IMG/VR virus record: IMGVR_UViG_3300032006_001851
Length of the DNA stretch: 64,000 bases
Strand: one strand, 5' to 3'
DNA from: an uncultured virus (IMG/VR IMGVR_UViG_3300032006_001851)
Taxonomy: Duplodnaviria; Heunggongvirae; Uroviricota; Caudoviricetes
Positions 1 to 10,465 of this stretch are shown piece after piece. Below the pieces are notes generated by a model. That model was not told the origin of the DNA and ran no database searches. It worked only from the letters and a program-made list of their open reading frames with translations. Every line of letters begins with the position of its first letter. The stretch's first letter is position 1. The position numbers and the translations under genes were made by a program.

Positions 1-115
1 GCTTCTGTTTTAACGGAACGATATCTAGAGGCATGGAGGAATGTTTTAGTAGGGTGTGAACACACACCTCGTAGGCATCATTTTCTCTGGAATCCCATCC
101 TATGAACACTCTCAT
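1..115 (-). CDS. Partial (5' part) GT8-like glycosyltransferase, runs off the window edge
   Basis: Manual translation MRVFIGWDSRENDAYEVCVHTLLKHSSMPLDIVPLKQK resembles the VFIG(Y/W)DxRE N-terminus of CDI/GT8-like proteins; ATG overlaps the upstream TGA. Confidence 0.7.
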   Translation of the reverse strand, partial: MRVFIGWDSRENDAYEVCVHTLLKHSSMPLDIVPLKQK

Positions 116-789
116 ATTTTTTCTCCCGTGTATCTTTTATAGTCTTCCTCTGTGTCAATACCGATAGTTGACTCCGGTATGTTCTTGACAAGGATCTTGT
201 ATCCATTTTCCATCCATTTTATTTGCTCAAGACTCTCCTCTATTGAGGCTTCGCTATCTTCCATAAATGGAAAATCCTGTATAAATTTCTTGCTAAATAT
301 ATAAATTCCCATGTGTTTGTAACCTATAGATGTCTCCCTCGTAAACCGAACCGCCTCCATCCTTCCATTAACGCGAACCTTAACGGTATTGGGATCATAC
401 AATTCGTCGGCGGTTGGCTTGGTGCAGAATGTTCCTATATCATATCCATCCATTTCTTCTAGGAGTTCTAGGACTCTTTCTGGAGGAAATTCTGGTTCAT
501 CACCCTGCCAGTTTACAACGTAGTCATATCTAATAAATGATGGCTGGTAAAGAGCGTCAACGATTCTTTCTGTTCCGCTCTCACAGGCTTCGGTAAAAAT
601 GGGAATGCAGAAGGGGTCCACTAAATTAAAAATTTTCATGCTGTCGGTTGCAACAACAACAGGAAGTCCAGTTTTTTCAGCTTGAAGAATGGTATGCCAA
701 ATTAATGGATGGCCATTTTTCTTCAGTAGCATCTTGTTTGGAAGTCTTGTGGACTCTAATCTAGCTGGAATGGCTATAATTGCACTCAT
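112..789 (-). CDS. kdsB: 3-deoxy-manno-octulosonate cytidylyltransferase-like (CMP-Kdo synthetase family)
   Basis: IPARLESTRLPNKML, SGTERI, NWQGDEP, HMGIY, ESLEQ, GIDTEED motifs. Confidence 0.85.
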   Translation of the reverse strand: MSAIIAIPARLESTRLPNKMLLKKNGHPLIWHTILQAEKTGLPVVVATDSMKIFNLVDPFCIPIFTEACESGTERIVDALYQPSFIRYDYVVNWQGDEPEFPPERVLELLEEMDGYDIGTFCTKPTADELYDPNTVKVRVNGRMEAVRFTRETSIGYKHMGIYIFSKKFIQDFPFMEDSEASIEESLEQIKWMENGYKILVKNIPESTIGIDTEEDYKRYTGEKI

Positions 790-2161
790 TGACAAATACC
801 TTAAGGTCTTCTGGTGTTCCCAGTCCCCACATCTTTTCTACATGGAAAGTCTTTATCTTCTTTTCATCTTCGATAGCTTCGTTGTACACAGGACATACAT
901 AGAATTCTCCATTGACACGATTGTCTTTTTTAATCATCTGTTCTGCAAATTTAACGTAATCACTTCCCTTGGACCAGTAGTATATTCCTACGGTGGCGTT
1001 GTTGGAAATCGGCTTCTTTTCAGCAACCTCCGTAACAAAACCGTCTTCATCAGTTTTAGCAAAGCTCCACTTGGGATGGACGGAATTGAAAGTTAGTATC
1101 CCACCATCAACTTCGTCTGCCTGCATTGAATACAAGAATTCGTTACTGTCCCATTCTACAAATTGATCTGAATTAGCAGTTAATAAAGGCTGGTCATTGT
1201 CTATAAATTCTTTCGCTAGGAGCGTTGTACACGCTGCCCCCTCGGTAATTCCCTCCACCGGAATAATCACATTGTTTGGAGATATAAGATTAAGTAGGTA
1301 CTGTAGGTTATACTTTTCATAGTGTTCTTTTTGCACTATGAATATGTGTTGCGCATCTATGTTTAGATTTTCCACCACCAATTGAATCATCGGCTTTCCA
1401 TTTACCTCAATGAGAGGCTTTGGAAAAGTGTACCCAGCTTTTTCGAAACGCGATCCGGCTCCAGCCATTGGGATTAGAACTTTCATCTCCCCTCCTTGCC
1501 ATTTAGGCTTAAATAGTTTCTTTTGATTTTGCTTGTCTGCTTTCTCAATTTCTCTCAGTATATTCCCATATGTCACATCTGGCAATCCAGACACACCCAT
1601 GACATGACCGCCAGATTCATGAGCAGCCTTTCGTCCAATGTGCGAATCCTCCACAATGAGACATTCTTTTGGGTTAACATGCGCGTCTACCATACATGTG
1701 AGATAGATCTCTGAGTGAGGCTTTGGATAAAGAACATCTTCATTTGAAAACCATTTATCTACAAGGTCAATATATCCAGCGCAAGACAGCATGAGATCCA
1801 TGCTAGATTTTATTGAGTTTGAGGCACAGTATATCTTGTATCCGTTGTCTTTTAGTCTTAATATTGCATCTGCTATTTCAACGTGATCCTCTGGCCACAC
1901 CATATCCTCTATAACTTCAGATGTACACTGTTGTTTCATTCTCCAGATTTTATCATGGTACTCTTCCGGTAAACCTTTTTCCTCAGTTAGTTTTATTAAC
2001 TTTTTTCTGGTGGGAAGGCCATCGTATGAAGCAAGATGTTCTTCTTTACTTATAACAAACTCTTCCCCAATGGAAGACAAGGCCCTGTTTAAAGCCTCAT
2101 AATGAATAGGTCTGGCTTCTACCAGAACACCATCAAGATCAAAGATTATTACTTTTATCAT
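761..2161 (-). CDS. HAD phosphatase fused to a nucleotidyltransferase (GT-A/NTP_transferase) domain
   Basis: N-terminal FDLDGVLV, KPHSEIY, IVEDS; C-terminal IPMAGAGSRF, PKPLI, AEKKPIS, WGLGTPEDL. Confidence 0.85.
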   Translation of the reverse strand: MIKVIIFDLDGVLVEARPIHYEALNRALSSIGEEFVISKEEHLASYDGLPTRKKLIKLTEEKGLPEEYHDKIWRMKQQCTSEVIEDMVWPEDHVEIADAILRLKDNGYKIYCASNSIKSSMDLMLSCAGYIDLVDKWFSNEDVLYPKPHSEIYLTCMVDAHVNPKECLIVEDSHIGRKAAHESGGHVMGVSGLPDVTYGNILREIEKADKQNQKKLFKPKWQGGEMKVLIPMAGAGSRFEKAGYTFPKPLIEVNGKPMIQLVVENLNIDAQHIFIVQKEHYEKYNLQYLLNLISPNNVIIPVEGITEGAACTTLLAKEFIDNDQPLLTANSDQFVEWDSNEFLYSMQADEVDGGILTFNSVHPKWSFAKTDEDGFVTEVAEKKPISNNATVGIYYWSKGSDYVKFAEQMIKKDNRVNGEFYVCPVYNEAIEDEKKIKTFHVEKMWGLGTPEDLKVFVNECNYSHSS

Positions 2162-2994
2162 TTTTTGTTACTTGAATAGCAATCTGGTAGCGAGGGTGGA
2201 AAAGCAGGGGGGTCTCCACTGTTGTCTTTTAAGAAATTTAGAAGTCTAAACCAAGACTCGTCTAAAGGTTTATACTTCAACAGATGGACTTTAGACTTCT
2301 CGTTCATGACGTAGTTGAACTTATCTCTAACTCTTAAGGACCACTCTATATCTTCGGCGTCAGAGTGACACAGATCTTCGTTGAGAGGCTCTTCTTCCAT
2401 AACATTTTTCTTTGCAACCCAATAAGCGCCGGAAACGTACATGTGTCCACCAACATAATCATATGGCATCAAAGTTCCACCACCGTTCACCACCTTACCT
2501 TCTGGACACCACGGCTCTTTCTGTGTCCACTGAACACCCCCATGCACTAAGGTTCTTTCAGAGTTGTGAATGTTAGGATGGTCGTAGGTTACCCAGTCTC
2601 TATAGCGTTTGAAATTGGAATTGATAATTGAGTTCATGCATATATCCCAATCATTTCCGAATTTTATAAATTCCTCATGCCATGTGTCACTAAACATGAC
2701 ATAGTCGTGCATGTAAACTATGTTTTCATACGTAGCCTTTTCAGTAATTATATTTTTCTTTCTTGTTATCCATCCGCTTTTTATAGATTCATCGAAAGAA
2801 ACATGTCTAATGCTTCCAACGTGTGAAGAAAAGTTTGTCATTACCTCCATCAGGCCGTCATATTTACCGCCAACCAGTATAATCTCACAATTTTCAATTG
2901 GTATGCTTTGTTTGTATACAGAAAGTATAACCTCCTTGACATAGTGGGGTGCGTCACCAGCAAGATTTGAAATAATACCAAAGGTGAAATCCAT
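2158..2994 (-). CDS. GT2-like glycosyltransferase
   Basis: FTFGII, WITRKKN, YMHDY, SGAYWVAK, AEDIEWS; glycan cluster context. Confidence 0.65.
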   Translation of the reverse strand: MDFTFGIISNLAGDAPHYVKEVILSVYKQSIPIENCEIILVGGKYDGLMEVMTNFSSHVGSIRHVSFDESIKSGWITRKKNIITEKATYENIVYMHDYVMFSDTWHEEFIKFGNDWDICMNSIINSNFKRYRDWVTYDHPNIHNSERTLVHGGVQWTQKEPWCPEGKVVNGGGTLMPYDYVGGHMYVSGAYWVAKKNVMEEEPLNEDLCHSDAEDIEWSLRVRDKFNYVMNEKSKVHLLKYKPLDESWFRLLNFLKDNSGDPPAFPPSLPDCYSSNKK

Positions 2995-3863
2995 TATGCT
3001 TTCCTCAACTTAAATGGTACTTCTTCGTGGGCACTTTCTATTTCAGAAAAATCCATAGAATCAAAATCTATCACAAAATCTTTCAGATATAAATCGTTAA
3101 GCCCTTTTTCATCTGCTCTAAACTTGGCCCCGCCATTGCTTTGAACATTAATAACCTTGTTATAGTCCATTCCCACAACAACGCTATGCTTTGGAGAAGA
3201 TAGCATTGGCTTGTGTGACAGCTTTTCTATATTTTGATACATATAAGACTCTGTTCTATGCGGAAGAGGCGCCCATGTGTGATCTGTATTGGTAAAGTCG
3301 GCCCCTCCAAAAGCGTCTAGCACATCCTTTGTCCTGTATATTCCACCATCCCAGCTAAAGGGTATAGCATAATCCTCAAATTGGCCACGCCTGTCGATAA
3401 AATTCCATTTTGCATGGTCCTCTTTTATATCTGTTTCTTCGAGTGGATTTTGCGTTTCTCTAGTCAGATGATTCTGGACTAGGGTATTTTTCCCTAGCCT
3501 CAAACTAAAGCAGAATGTTTCATTGTCTAGAATTTCCTCAATCCTTTCCTCCGACAACTCTATTTTTCTATAGAGAATGTTATCGTCAACCATCAGAGAA
3601 AAGATGTTGCTGTTTTCATCCAGATAACGGTAAAACTGTTGGGTAAAAAGACCGGGAACGTCGCACTGTTCTTCTGGAACCCATTGTATATTCGGAAGAA
3701 TTTCTTCTTCAATTAGCTTCTTATAACCAAGCATGTAGTCTTCATCAGTAGCCGCGAAAAGAACTGTGATTTGAAACAAATCTGAAGAGTTCCTGTGTAG
3801 GCTTTCAAAAAGAAGCCTCAACTGACTGGCTCTGTTTTTAGAGGAAATAAATAGCGGGATCAT
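2994..3863 (-). CDS. Putative GT-A fold glycosyltransferase (paralog family A, copy 1)
   Basis: SKNRASQLRLLFES, LMVDDNI, FSLRLGKNT, PFSWDG; start refined to the ATGA overlap at 3863. Confidence 0.6.
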   Translation of the reverse strand: MIPLFISSKNRASQLRLLFESLHRNSSDLFQITVLFAATDEDYMLGYKKLIEEEILPNIQWVPEEQCDVPGLFTQQFYRYLDENSNIFSLMVDDNILYRKIELSEERIEEILDNETFCFSLRLGKNTLVQNHLTRETQNPLEETDIKEDHAKWNFIDRRGQFEDYAIPFSWDGGIYRTKDVLDAFGGADFTNTDHTWAPLPHRTESYMYQNIEKLSHKPMLSSPKHSVVVGMDYNKVINVQSNGGAKFRADEKGLNDLYLKDFVIDFDSMDFSEIESAHEEVPFKLRKA

Positions 3864-4576
3864 AGCGTCATCCTCGGACTTTCGTTTTGTTCGCATTCAC
3901 TAAACAGGCCCTTATCGTGAATTATCTTAGGGATCATGACCCAAGATTTTATACTGCGTGGCCCGTGATGATACAGGGTGTTTAACTGCATGTCTATTGG
4001 AGCTACTGGATTCAATCTAAGCAGTAGATCATAGATGCTGTTGTTTATTACAACCCCGTGAAGACCTCCGGTGTTGGTAAAGATTCTTGCGAGAGCGGTA
4101 AACTTTTTATCCTCGAATTCATCCTCTATTTCCTTATTCCATTCATCGTCTTCATGGCCAATCCACCAGCCGAGATAAAGCATATCCCAATCTAGAGGTT
4201 CGTCTCCTTCAAAATGATGCATTATACTACTTAAAACAAAATTATATCTGTCTGTAAAATAAGCATCGTCCTCTAGCATTAAAAAATTTTCGAGTCTCTG
4301 GTCCTTGGCTCTCTGTATTATACGCTGATGACAAATGAATGCGTTGTAGTGGTTCACCCAAGTCCCATCGTCTGGGTGTCCGTATGTCCAAGTATCCACC
4401 TTCGGGTCTTTGTCGTCTATGTAGTCGTACTCCGATTTTGGAAGCACCTCTCCATCGCCAACCACGAACTTTTCGAGAGGTATACCCTTAAGAATGCACT
4501 GGTTCTCCAAATCCTCCCAATGCTCTTCTCTCTTGTCGATACACAAACAGAAAGCTTTTTCTATCTCAAGCGCCAT
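3860..4576 (-). CDS. GT25-like glycosyltransferase
   Basis: FCLCIDKREEHW, CHQRII, LMLEDDA, WDMLYLG, PIDMQL. Confidence 0.75.
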   Translation of the reverse strand: MALEIEKAFCLCIDKREEHWEDLENQCILKGIPLEKFVVGDGEVLPKSEYDYIDDKDPKVDTWTYGHPDDGTWVNHYNAFICHQRIIQRAKDQRLENFLMLEDDAYFTDRYNFVLSSIMHHFEGDEPLDWDMLYLGWWIGHEDDEWNKEIEDEFEDKKFTALARIFTNTGGLHGVVINNSIYDLLLRLNPVAPIDMQLNTLYHHGPRSIKSWVMIPKIIHDKGLFSECEQNESPRMTL

Positions 4577-5616
4577 GTTTTTATCCTATCCAAAAAATCC
4601 TTGGCAGTGCTGATTGTGGTGAGTTTCGTTTTAGTATGGTGGATTAGCTGCTCTCTAATATCATTATACTGAACTAAATCGAATTTTGAGAAATCAATAC
4701 TGCCTCTTTTTTCTCCCGGCAGGATTTCCTTTGCTGTTCCTATAAATGTTTCTTCATCTGGATTATAAGGTTGCTTGGTTCCGGGGAGGAGACCGGCCAG
4801 CTTTTTAGCTTCTATGCATAAATCTTTTGGAAATCTAGCCAATGTTAAGTCTTGGCATTTCTCTATGTCTGTAAAGAACGGAACGCACCCACAGGCTAGT
4901 ATTTCGTAATGCCTCATACAATCCCAGCCCTCTGAGATCATTTCGTCTCTTCCCTTTTTGCAAGTGTATGCGAAATAGCTACTTCTGTAATCATTGTAAT
5001 AGTCTTCCTCATTGTCATAAATGTAGCTGTCGGCGTGTTCTCCCGTGCAGTTGGGAACTAGAGGGGCGAAATCAAAATTTCTTTCAAGTGGATCGCAAAT
5101 TTTTTCCTCTGGAATGGAAAAGGAAATGGGCAGGGCGATATCTCTATACTGATCGAACAGTTCTCGCTTAAAATAAATTCCGCATCTTGCTATGTCTTCA
5201 TTGATGTTGCATCGGTCCCAGCCATCTACGACTATTAACTCATTTCTGTCATAGTAAGATCTAACAGACTCTAAAATATTTAGTACTGGTTCATATTTTC
5301 CGTTTAACGTGTGGTGTATAGGCATTACTAAGTAGTCGTAGTAGTGATTAGCTATTTTTCTTCCAATGTCGTCTCTGTCTATATTGTCGTCATCAGACAG
5401 TAAGCCATACGTGGTAAAACCCTTACCCCATAATCTTGGGATTACATCAGGGCTATCTTTAAGGCTCTTGTACAAGTGCCACATCTTGTATCCGTCGACA
5501 ACGTCTTCGCCAAGTAGAGATCTTAAGCCATGAAAAAGAGAATCGGCTTGGTAATCTCCAGCTTGCGTAGTAAATACAAGAGACTCATTTATTATCGGTA
5601 TGTACAGTATCTTCAT
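4561..5616 (-). CDS. Putative glycosyltransferase
   Basis: DYQADSLFHGLR, YFKREL, GWDCMRHYEILACGCVP; cluster context. Confidence 0.6.
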   Translation of the reverse strand: MKILYIPIINESLVFTTQAGDYQADSLFHGLRSLLGEDVVDGYKMWHLYKSLKDSPDVIPRLWGKGFTTYGLLSDDDNIDRDDIGRKIANHYYDYLVMPIHHTLNGKYEPVLNILESVRSYYDRNELIVVDGWDRCNINEDIARCGIYFKRELFDQYRDIALPISFSIPEEKICDPLERNFDFAPLVPNCTGEHADSYIYDNEEDYYNDYRSSYFAYTCKKGRDEMISEGWDCMRHYEILACGCVPFFTDIEKCQDLTLARFPKDLCIEAKKLAGLLPGTKQPYNPDEETFIGTAKEILPGEKRGSIDFSKFDLVQYNDIREQLIHHTKTKLTTISTAKDFLDRIKTWRLR

Positions 5617-6547
5617 TATAAAATGACCTAACTACATCTCCTATAGCGTCCTCGGATTTTGGGAAGCTGGGATTCCATCCACAGTCCTTTAGCTTCTTGT
5701 TGCTTATTTGTATGGCTCTATTGTCACCCTTCCAGTTCGCTCCCTCGCCCAGCCATTTAATAGGCTTGTGGATATTAAAATTATCCATGACACAGTAGGC
5801 AAGCTTCTCTATGGTGATGGTGTCATCTGGAACAACGTTAAACTCTCCAGATAGGTCCGAAAATCCAACTAATTTTAGTGCTGAAATTGCATCGTCTATA
5901 TGGCAATAAGGTTTTGTGGAACCCGGAGCATCTCCTAATATTTCCAGATGTTCACTTGGAGACTTTAGCTTAGCCATGAAATCTTTTATGACCCCATGTG
6001 TTAAATTGGGTCCGATTGTGGCGCATAGCCTCAATGAAACACCATTAACTCTTTCTGAGGATGTGTAAATTTCTACTAAACTTTCAGCAGCCCTTTTTGT
6101 CATACCATATACAGAGGTCGGTTCTGTCCTGAAAGGCTCTTCATATTGTGCATCCGCTTTGTCTCTAAGGAGCCAGTCCCCGTAAACAATAACTGTTGAA
6201 GCTAGAACAACACGACAGTTCTGTGGTGCGTAATGAAGAACCTTTTGGGTTCCAATTATATTGTCGACTAGGATTGAGTGAGGGTCTTGCTCATCGAGCC
6301 TGCTCAAAGGATTACCGGCGAGATGGAAAATTACATCGGGCTTCTCCAACTGGCAAACATTTGAGAAGAAGGAATAGTGCTTGCTGTCTGGGTTGGTAAA
6401 TCCCAGATCGCAGCAGTAGTGCTTGGTTGCAGTTGCAAAAACAGGTTTCCTGCTCATGGTAACAATCTCAACATCTCCCTGTCTCAAGAGATCCATTGCC
6501 AATCTTTGACCCAAAAATCCTGTAGCTCCTGTAATCAAAACCTTCAT
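5585..6547 (-). CDS. NAD-dependent sugar epimerase/dehydratase (extended SDR)
   Basis: TGATGFLG Rossmann motif, FHLAG, YGMTK catalytic YxxxK. Confidence 0.9.
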   Translation of the reverse strand: MKVLITGATGFLGQRLAMDLLRQGDVEIVTMSRKPVFATATKHYCCDLGFTNPDSKHYSFFSNVCQLEKPDVIFHLAGNPLSRLDEQDPHSILVDNIIGTQKVLHYAPQNCRVVLASTVIVYGDWLLRDKADAQYEEPFRTEPTSVYGMTKRAAESLVEIYTSSERVNGVSLRLCATIGPNLTHGVIKDFMAKLKSPSEHLEILGDAPGSTKPYCHIDDAISALKLVGFSDLSGEFNVVPDDTITIEKLAYCVMDNFNIHKPIKWLGEGANWKGDNRAIQISNKKLKDCGWNPSFPKSEDAIGDVVRSFYNEDTVHTDNK

Positions 6548-7596
6548 GCGGGCATCCCCGTAGCCTGATTAAGCAGGTTCATACATCCGATAGATTCGTT
6601 CAATAGACCCAACTCCTTAAATATCTTGGAAACCCTATGAAAATATGTATGCTCTTTTAAAATTCTTTCATGTCCTCGTTTTATATACGGTAGCCTCTCC
6701 TCTGGATTCCTAAGATAATGTCTTATCTTGTCTTCGAACTCTTCTGGAGTCTTGGCGAATACAATTTCGTCGTTATTAAATACGTCCTCTGCCATTGATT
6801 GCACATAATCTGATATGCAGAATCCACCGGCAGCAAGAACCTTGAATGGTCGTTCTATTATATCGTATCCAAAATCTTGCGAATGTGGCTCGCTAACATT
6901 GGGTGAAATTGTTGACGAACAAAAAGTGTCCTTGACATGTTTTTCATCCAGCCTCCCTAGGTGCTGAACAACAGGCCAGTTCTGATTTCCATAGATTTTA
7001 ATATTATATTTTCCAACCGGATGACACAATCTTACAATGTAAGGATCTAAACATCTGGCTTTGTATGGCCAATACCCACCTATAAATGACACGTCGCATT
7101 TCAGAAAGTCTAATTCCTTTCCGCCGGAATATTCAAATATGTCGGCAGCATGAAGCATGGAAACAGGTCTTACGCCGATGGACTCCCATTTATTGTGGGT
7201 TTTTGCAATCCATTTATCATGATAATGATTATAAACAAAATCAGGTTTACCAGTCTCATGCATCAGCTTTCCAACAATATCAATTTCGTCTGCTCTGGCA
7301 ACCAGAACAGGATATTTTTCGAGATCGATGTTGTCTTGAGCATCTCCCCAATCCGAAGCTCTCATTACCACCTTCAGATGAGGACGTTCTTTTATGCATT
7401 GAAAAACGCCCCTGTCTAAATTATATGTCTGACCAATAAAAATGTCAGGTTCAAACTCATCAAATACGTCAAAGCTGGGCTTGGAATGAATGTCCCATAG
7501 TATGCACTCATGCCCCATCGCCTCCATAACCTTTGCCCATCCCACCCTAATATAATAGTGTGCATGAGGCCCGTCACTGGCTATCATTATTTTCAT
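6544..7596 (-). CDS. CgeB/Glyco_trans_1_2-like glycosyltransferase
   Basis: DVSFIGG, ERPFKVLAAGGFCISD, HTYFHRV C-terminal pattern. Confidence 0.75.
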   Translation of the reverse strand: MKIMIASDGPHAHYYIRVGWAKVMEAMGHECILWDIHSKPSFDVFDEFEPDIFIGQTYNLDRGVFQCIKERPHLKVVMRASDWGDAQDNIDLEKYPVLVARADEIDIVGKLMHETGKPDFVYNHYHDKWIAKTHNKWESIGVRPVSMLHAADIFEYSGGKELDFLKCDVSFIGGYWPYKARCLDPYIVRLCHPVGKYNIKIYGNQNWPVVQHLGRLDEKHVKDTFCSSTISPNVSEPHSQDFGYDIIERPFKVLAAGGFCISDYVQSMAEDVFNNDEIVFAKTPEEFEDKIRHYLRNPEERLPYIKRGHERILKEHTYFHRVSKIFKELGLLNESIGCMNLLNQATGMPA

Positions 7597-8309
7597 TTTT
7601 GCAAATCCCTCAACGAGTCGACTTCCAGAATTTCCATCTCATCTGGCTCTATAGCTTTAATTTTTCCGCCCCTGTTTATAACCATGTTTAAGATTTCAAA
7701 TGGGTACAGCCTGTTTTTCTTTCTGTCGAAGCAAAGCTCTCTAAAGATATTTAATTCCGTCCCAGTTAAATATATTATCTGTGCCCACTTAGTATCTAGC
7801 CCGTATGCAAAGCTGCTTATCTTGTCATTTACCACGGTTACGCCTATCTCTTCGTTTTTAAAACGAGATTTTGTATCAACAACAGCGCATGAGCCATCTT
7901 CTGTTATTCCCAATATGGCATCCTGATTAAATATCAGATCTCCGTAAATGATTAACACGTTATCGCAGACTGAATTATTTAATGCCAGTCTTAAACTTTC
8001 TACTACGTTTGTCTCTTCATACAATTGATTTTCTATAATTCGTATGTCTCTTGGAAGAGTCTTAATAACTTTATCAGCGTCGAATCCCACCACCGTAATT
8101 ACATCGGAATACGGGTATGATTTATATACGTTGTGTATTATACGTTCTATTATTGTAGAGTCTTTATCCGCATGCAGCAAGCATTTAGGACCATAGGATT
8201 TCATTCTATGTCCCATACCGGCAACCGGAATTATTACAGACAGAAGACTCTTGTCTGATGTCCCAGAGCCATTTTTTTTGGCAAAAGTAGTAAATCTGTT
8301 AGATCGCAT
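7593..8309 (-). CDS. LicC-like nucleotidyltransferase
   Basis: IPVAGMGHRMKSYGPKCLL, VVGF, YGDLIF, EVDS. Confidence 0.75.
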   Translation of the reverse strand: MRSNRFTTFAKKNGSGTSDKSLLSVIIPVAGMGHRMKSYGPKCLLHADKDSTIIERIIHNVYKSYPYSDVITVVGFDADKVIKTLPRDIRIIENQLYEETNVVESLRLALNNSVCDNVLIIYGDLIFNQDAILGITEDGSCAVVDTKSRFKNEEIGVTVVNDKISSFAYGLDTKWAQIIYLTGTELNIFRELCFDRKKNRLYPFEILNMVINRGGKIKAIEPDEMEILEVDSLRDLQK

Positions 8310-9081
8310 TATTTCTCTGGTGAAATTTTTCCATTACTCTTCTCCAGTTCTGTTGCCAAACCTCGCTATCAATTATAAAACTAGAATTAGATCCCGTAAC
8401 CCTGACAAGAGTCATGGCCTCCGCTATGTGGACTATCATAAACGATTCGCTTATTCTCATCCACAAATCATAGTCTTCACAGGTGCGCATGTTTTCGTCA
8501 TAGTATCCAGTTTCCTCTTTCGTCTCCAGCAGGGCTTCCTTACTTACAACACTGCCACTATGAACGATGCACTCGTCTATCAGTCTCCTTCTGTTGAAGG
8601 GTTCTTTAAATTCTCTTATCTTTATTCCTGTGCTTGTATTATACGTATCATAGTCGCCATAAACTACCCCAACAGATCCAGAATCTCTTATAAATACATC
8701 AACACATTTACTAACTTTTTGTTTGTAAAATTCATCATCTGAATCCAGCATTGCATAGATATCGGTATCGTCTAGTGTAAAATCTATTCCAGTATTTCTT
8801 GCGGCACTTGGTCCACCAGCTTCCGGCCTTCTTACGGCTGTGATAGATCTGTGATTTCTTACTCCTTTTACGATTGAAAAGTCCCCAACCCTTTCGACAG
8901 AGTCGATGTTTTCAAACAATGAGTTTATGAGATCCCACGATCCGTCACTTGATCCATCGTCAACGACACACACGCTAAGTCCACCCAAGTAATCCTGATT
9001 TAATGCGCTGTCTATGGCGCTCTGGATATATTGTTCGTCGTTATGGTTAGGTATCATCACAGTAACTCTAGGAAAATTCAT
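8299..9081 (-). CDS. GT2 family glycosyltransferase
   Basis: VTVMIPNHN, VVDDGSSD, GPSAARNTG, LDSDD, EDYDLWMR. Confidence 0.9.
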   Translation of the reverse strand: MNFPRVTVMIPNHNDEQYIQSAIDSALNQDYLGGLSVCVVDDGSSDGSWDLINSLFENIDSVERVGDFSIVKGVRNHRSITAVRRPEAGGPSAARNTGIDFTLDDTDIYAMLDSDDEFYKQKVSKCVDVFIRDSGSVGVVYGDYDTYNTSTGIKIREFKEPFNRRRLIDECIVHSGSVVSKEALLETKEETGYYDENMRTCEDYDLWMRISESFMIVHIAEAMTLVRVTGSNSSFIIDSEVWQQNWRRVMEKFHQRNNAI

Positions 9082-9955
9082 GTATTTCCTCCCAGTCTCT
9101 AATGAGATTACCCGAGCCATCTTCTTCACAGATCTTAGATATCTTTTCCTCTAGGGAAAGAGAGAAGTTTCCGCCGAGATACTTATGGATTGCAGCTTGG
9201 GCTGTAGTGCCGTTTATGCCGTCGTATCCCCTGACATATGCAATCTTTTCTAGATCTTCATTTAGCGCTGAGTTCAAAGATTGAATTATATTTGGTTTGG
9301 CAACATGCCCACTTTTGAATACAGAGTAAAATCCATTTTTACATTTTAGAAAAGCATCATCAACGCATTGTATATCGTCAAAATTTGTTTCGACTATATT
9401 GGAAACGTAAAAACTGATGTCGGTTCTGTCAAACATCTCGTGTGCTTTGTGGGCTATGTCAAATGGGAGCACGTCAGAGTTGTTGGACACAATTACAGCA
9501 ACGGGAGGAATACTCTGATCCTTGATGCTGATGCAGGTTTTTTCCAAGAGGTCAAGAAAAGGGGCAATATTTTTCTCTGGATCTCCAGATTCAGACTTCC
9601 CATTTCCCACTATAATAATGGCATTCCACCTGATCTGGTTTTCCTTGGCTACAGATAGCTCGTGGTCAACATGGCTGTCTCCCCAATCCTTATTTCTATA
9701 GGAGTTGCAGAAGGATTTTACAACGTAAAACTCCCTTTCGTCGTTGTACGCCTCCATGATTTCAACGCCCTTGTCTTTAAACTTGTCCACCCGGTTTAGC
9801 TTGCACGATGTTTGTGTGTCTTTTTCATAACCTGAAAACACACAGTCTTCGCAAGACGTGAAAAGCCCCTGTACATCTTCGTCGTCAGCCTTGCCAGAGA
9901 AATATTTTCTCTGCTCTCCTTCTTTTTTTATAAACGCATCTGAAAAATCAGTCAC
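9068..9955 (-). CDS. Hypothetical protein, possibly a degenerate GT-A fold with an N-terminal Cys cluster
   Basis: 295-aa ORF coupled to neighbours; CEDC...C...C; SIKDQSIPP GT-like segment. Confidence 0.5.
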   Translation of the reverse strand: MTDFSDAFIKKEGEQRKYFSGKADDEDVQGLFTSCEDCVFSGYEKDTQTSCKLNRVDKFKDKGVEIMEAYNDEREFYVVKSFCNSYRNKDWGDSHVDHELSVAKENQIRWNAIIIVGNGKSESGDPEKNIAPFLDLLEKTCISIKDQSIPPVAVIVSNNSDVLPFDIAHKAHEMFDRTDISFYVSNIVETNFDDIQCVDDAFLKCKNGFYSVFKSGHVAKPNIIQSLNSALNEDLEKIAYVRGYDGINGTTAQAAIHKYLGGNFSLSLEEKISKICEEDGSGNLIRDWEEIHEFS

Positions 9956-10461
9956 GGTCTTTCACCCTCCAAAACCATGGAAAACCCATTGACTCTCTTC
10001 TTGAGAATTTTAATACCATGAGATTCCAGTTCATTTTGCAAATCAGTTGTGGACATATGGCTCATCTTGACATCCCAAGGATGGTTGAATTCGCCATGAA
10101 TTAAACCGTTAAAGGTATCAGCATCTATAGTCCTCTGCACAAACTGCTTGCAAACTTCGTAAGAGTCTGTGCCGGAAATTATGATCTTCCCTCCATGACG
10201 AAGCTTTGTCACCCAATGACCTATAGCGGACTTGGCTTCTTCTAACACAAGGTAGTCTAAAACATCTTCGGCTATAAGCTCTGTGCATTCTGAGTCCATA
10301 ACAAGATCATCTAGATCTCGGACATCGGCCTTAACACTACCATCAAAACTATCTTGATGATATCTTGCTCCAACTTTCTCGCCACCCTCTTCCGATATTG
10401 GATCTATATTTAAGTACCCATTCTTAAACTCGGTTGCTCCAACCGTTATACTGACTCGCAT
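9952..10461 (-). CDS. SAM-dependent methyltransferase-like protein
   Basis: VGATEFKNGYLNID, DVRDL, DVLDYL, WVTKLRHGG resemble Methyltransf_11-type proteins. Confidence 0.6.
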   Translation of the reverse strand: MRVSITVGATEFKNGYLNIDPISEEGGEKVGARYHQDSFDGSVKADVRDLDDLVMDSECTELIAEDVLDYLVLEEAKSAIGHWVTKLRHGGKIIISGTDSYEVCKQFVQRTIDADTFNGLIHGEFNHPWDVKMSHMSTTDLQNELESHGIKILKKRVNGFSMVLEGERP

Positions 10462-10465
10462 AAGT

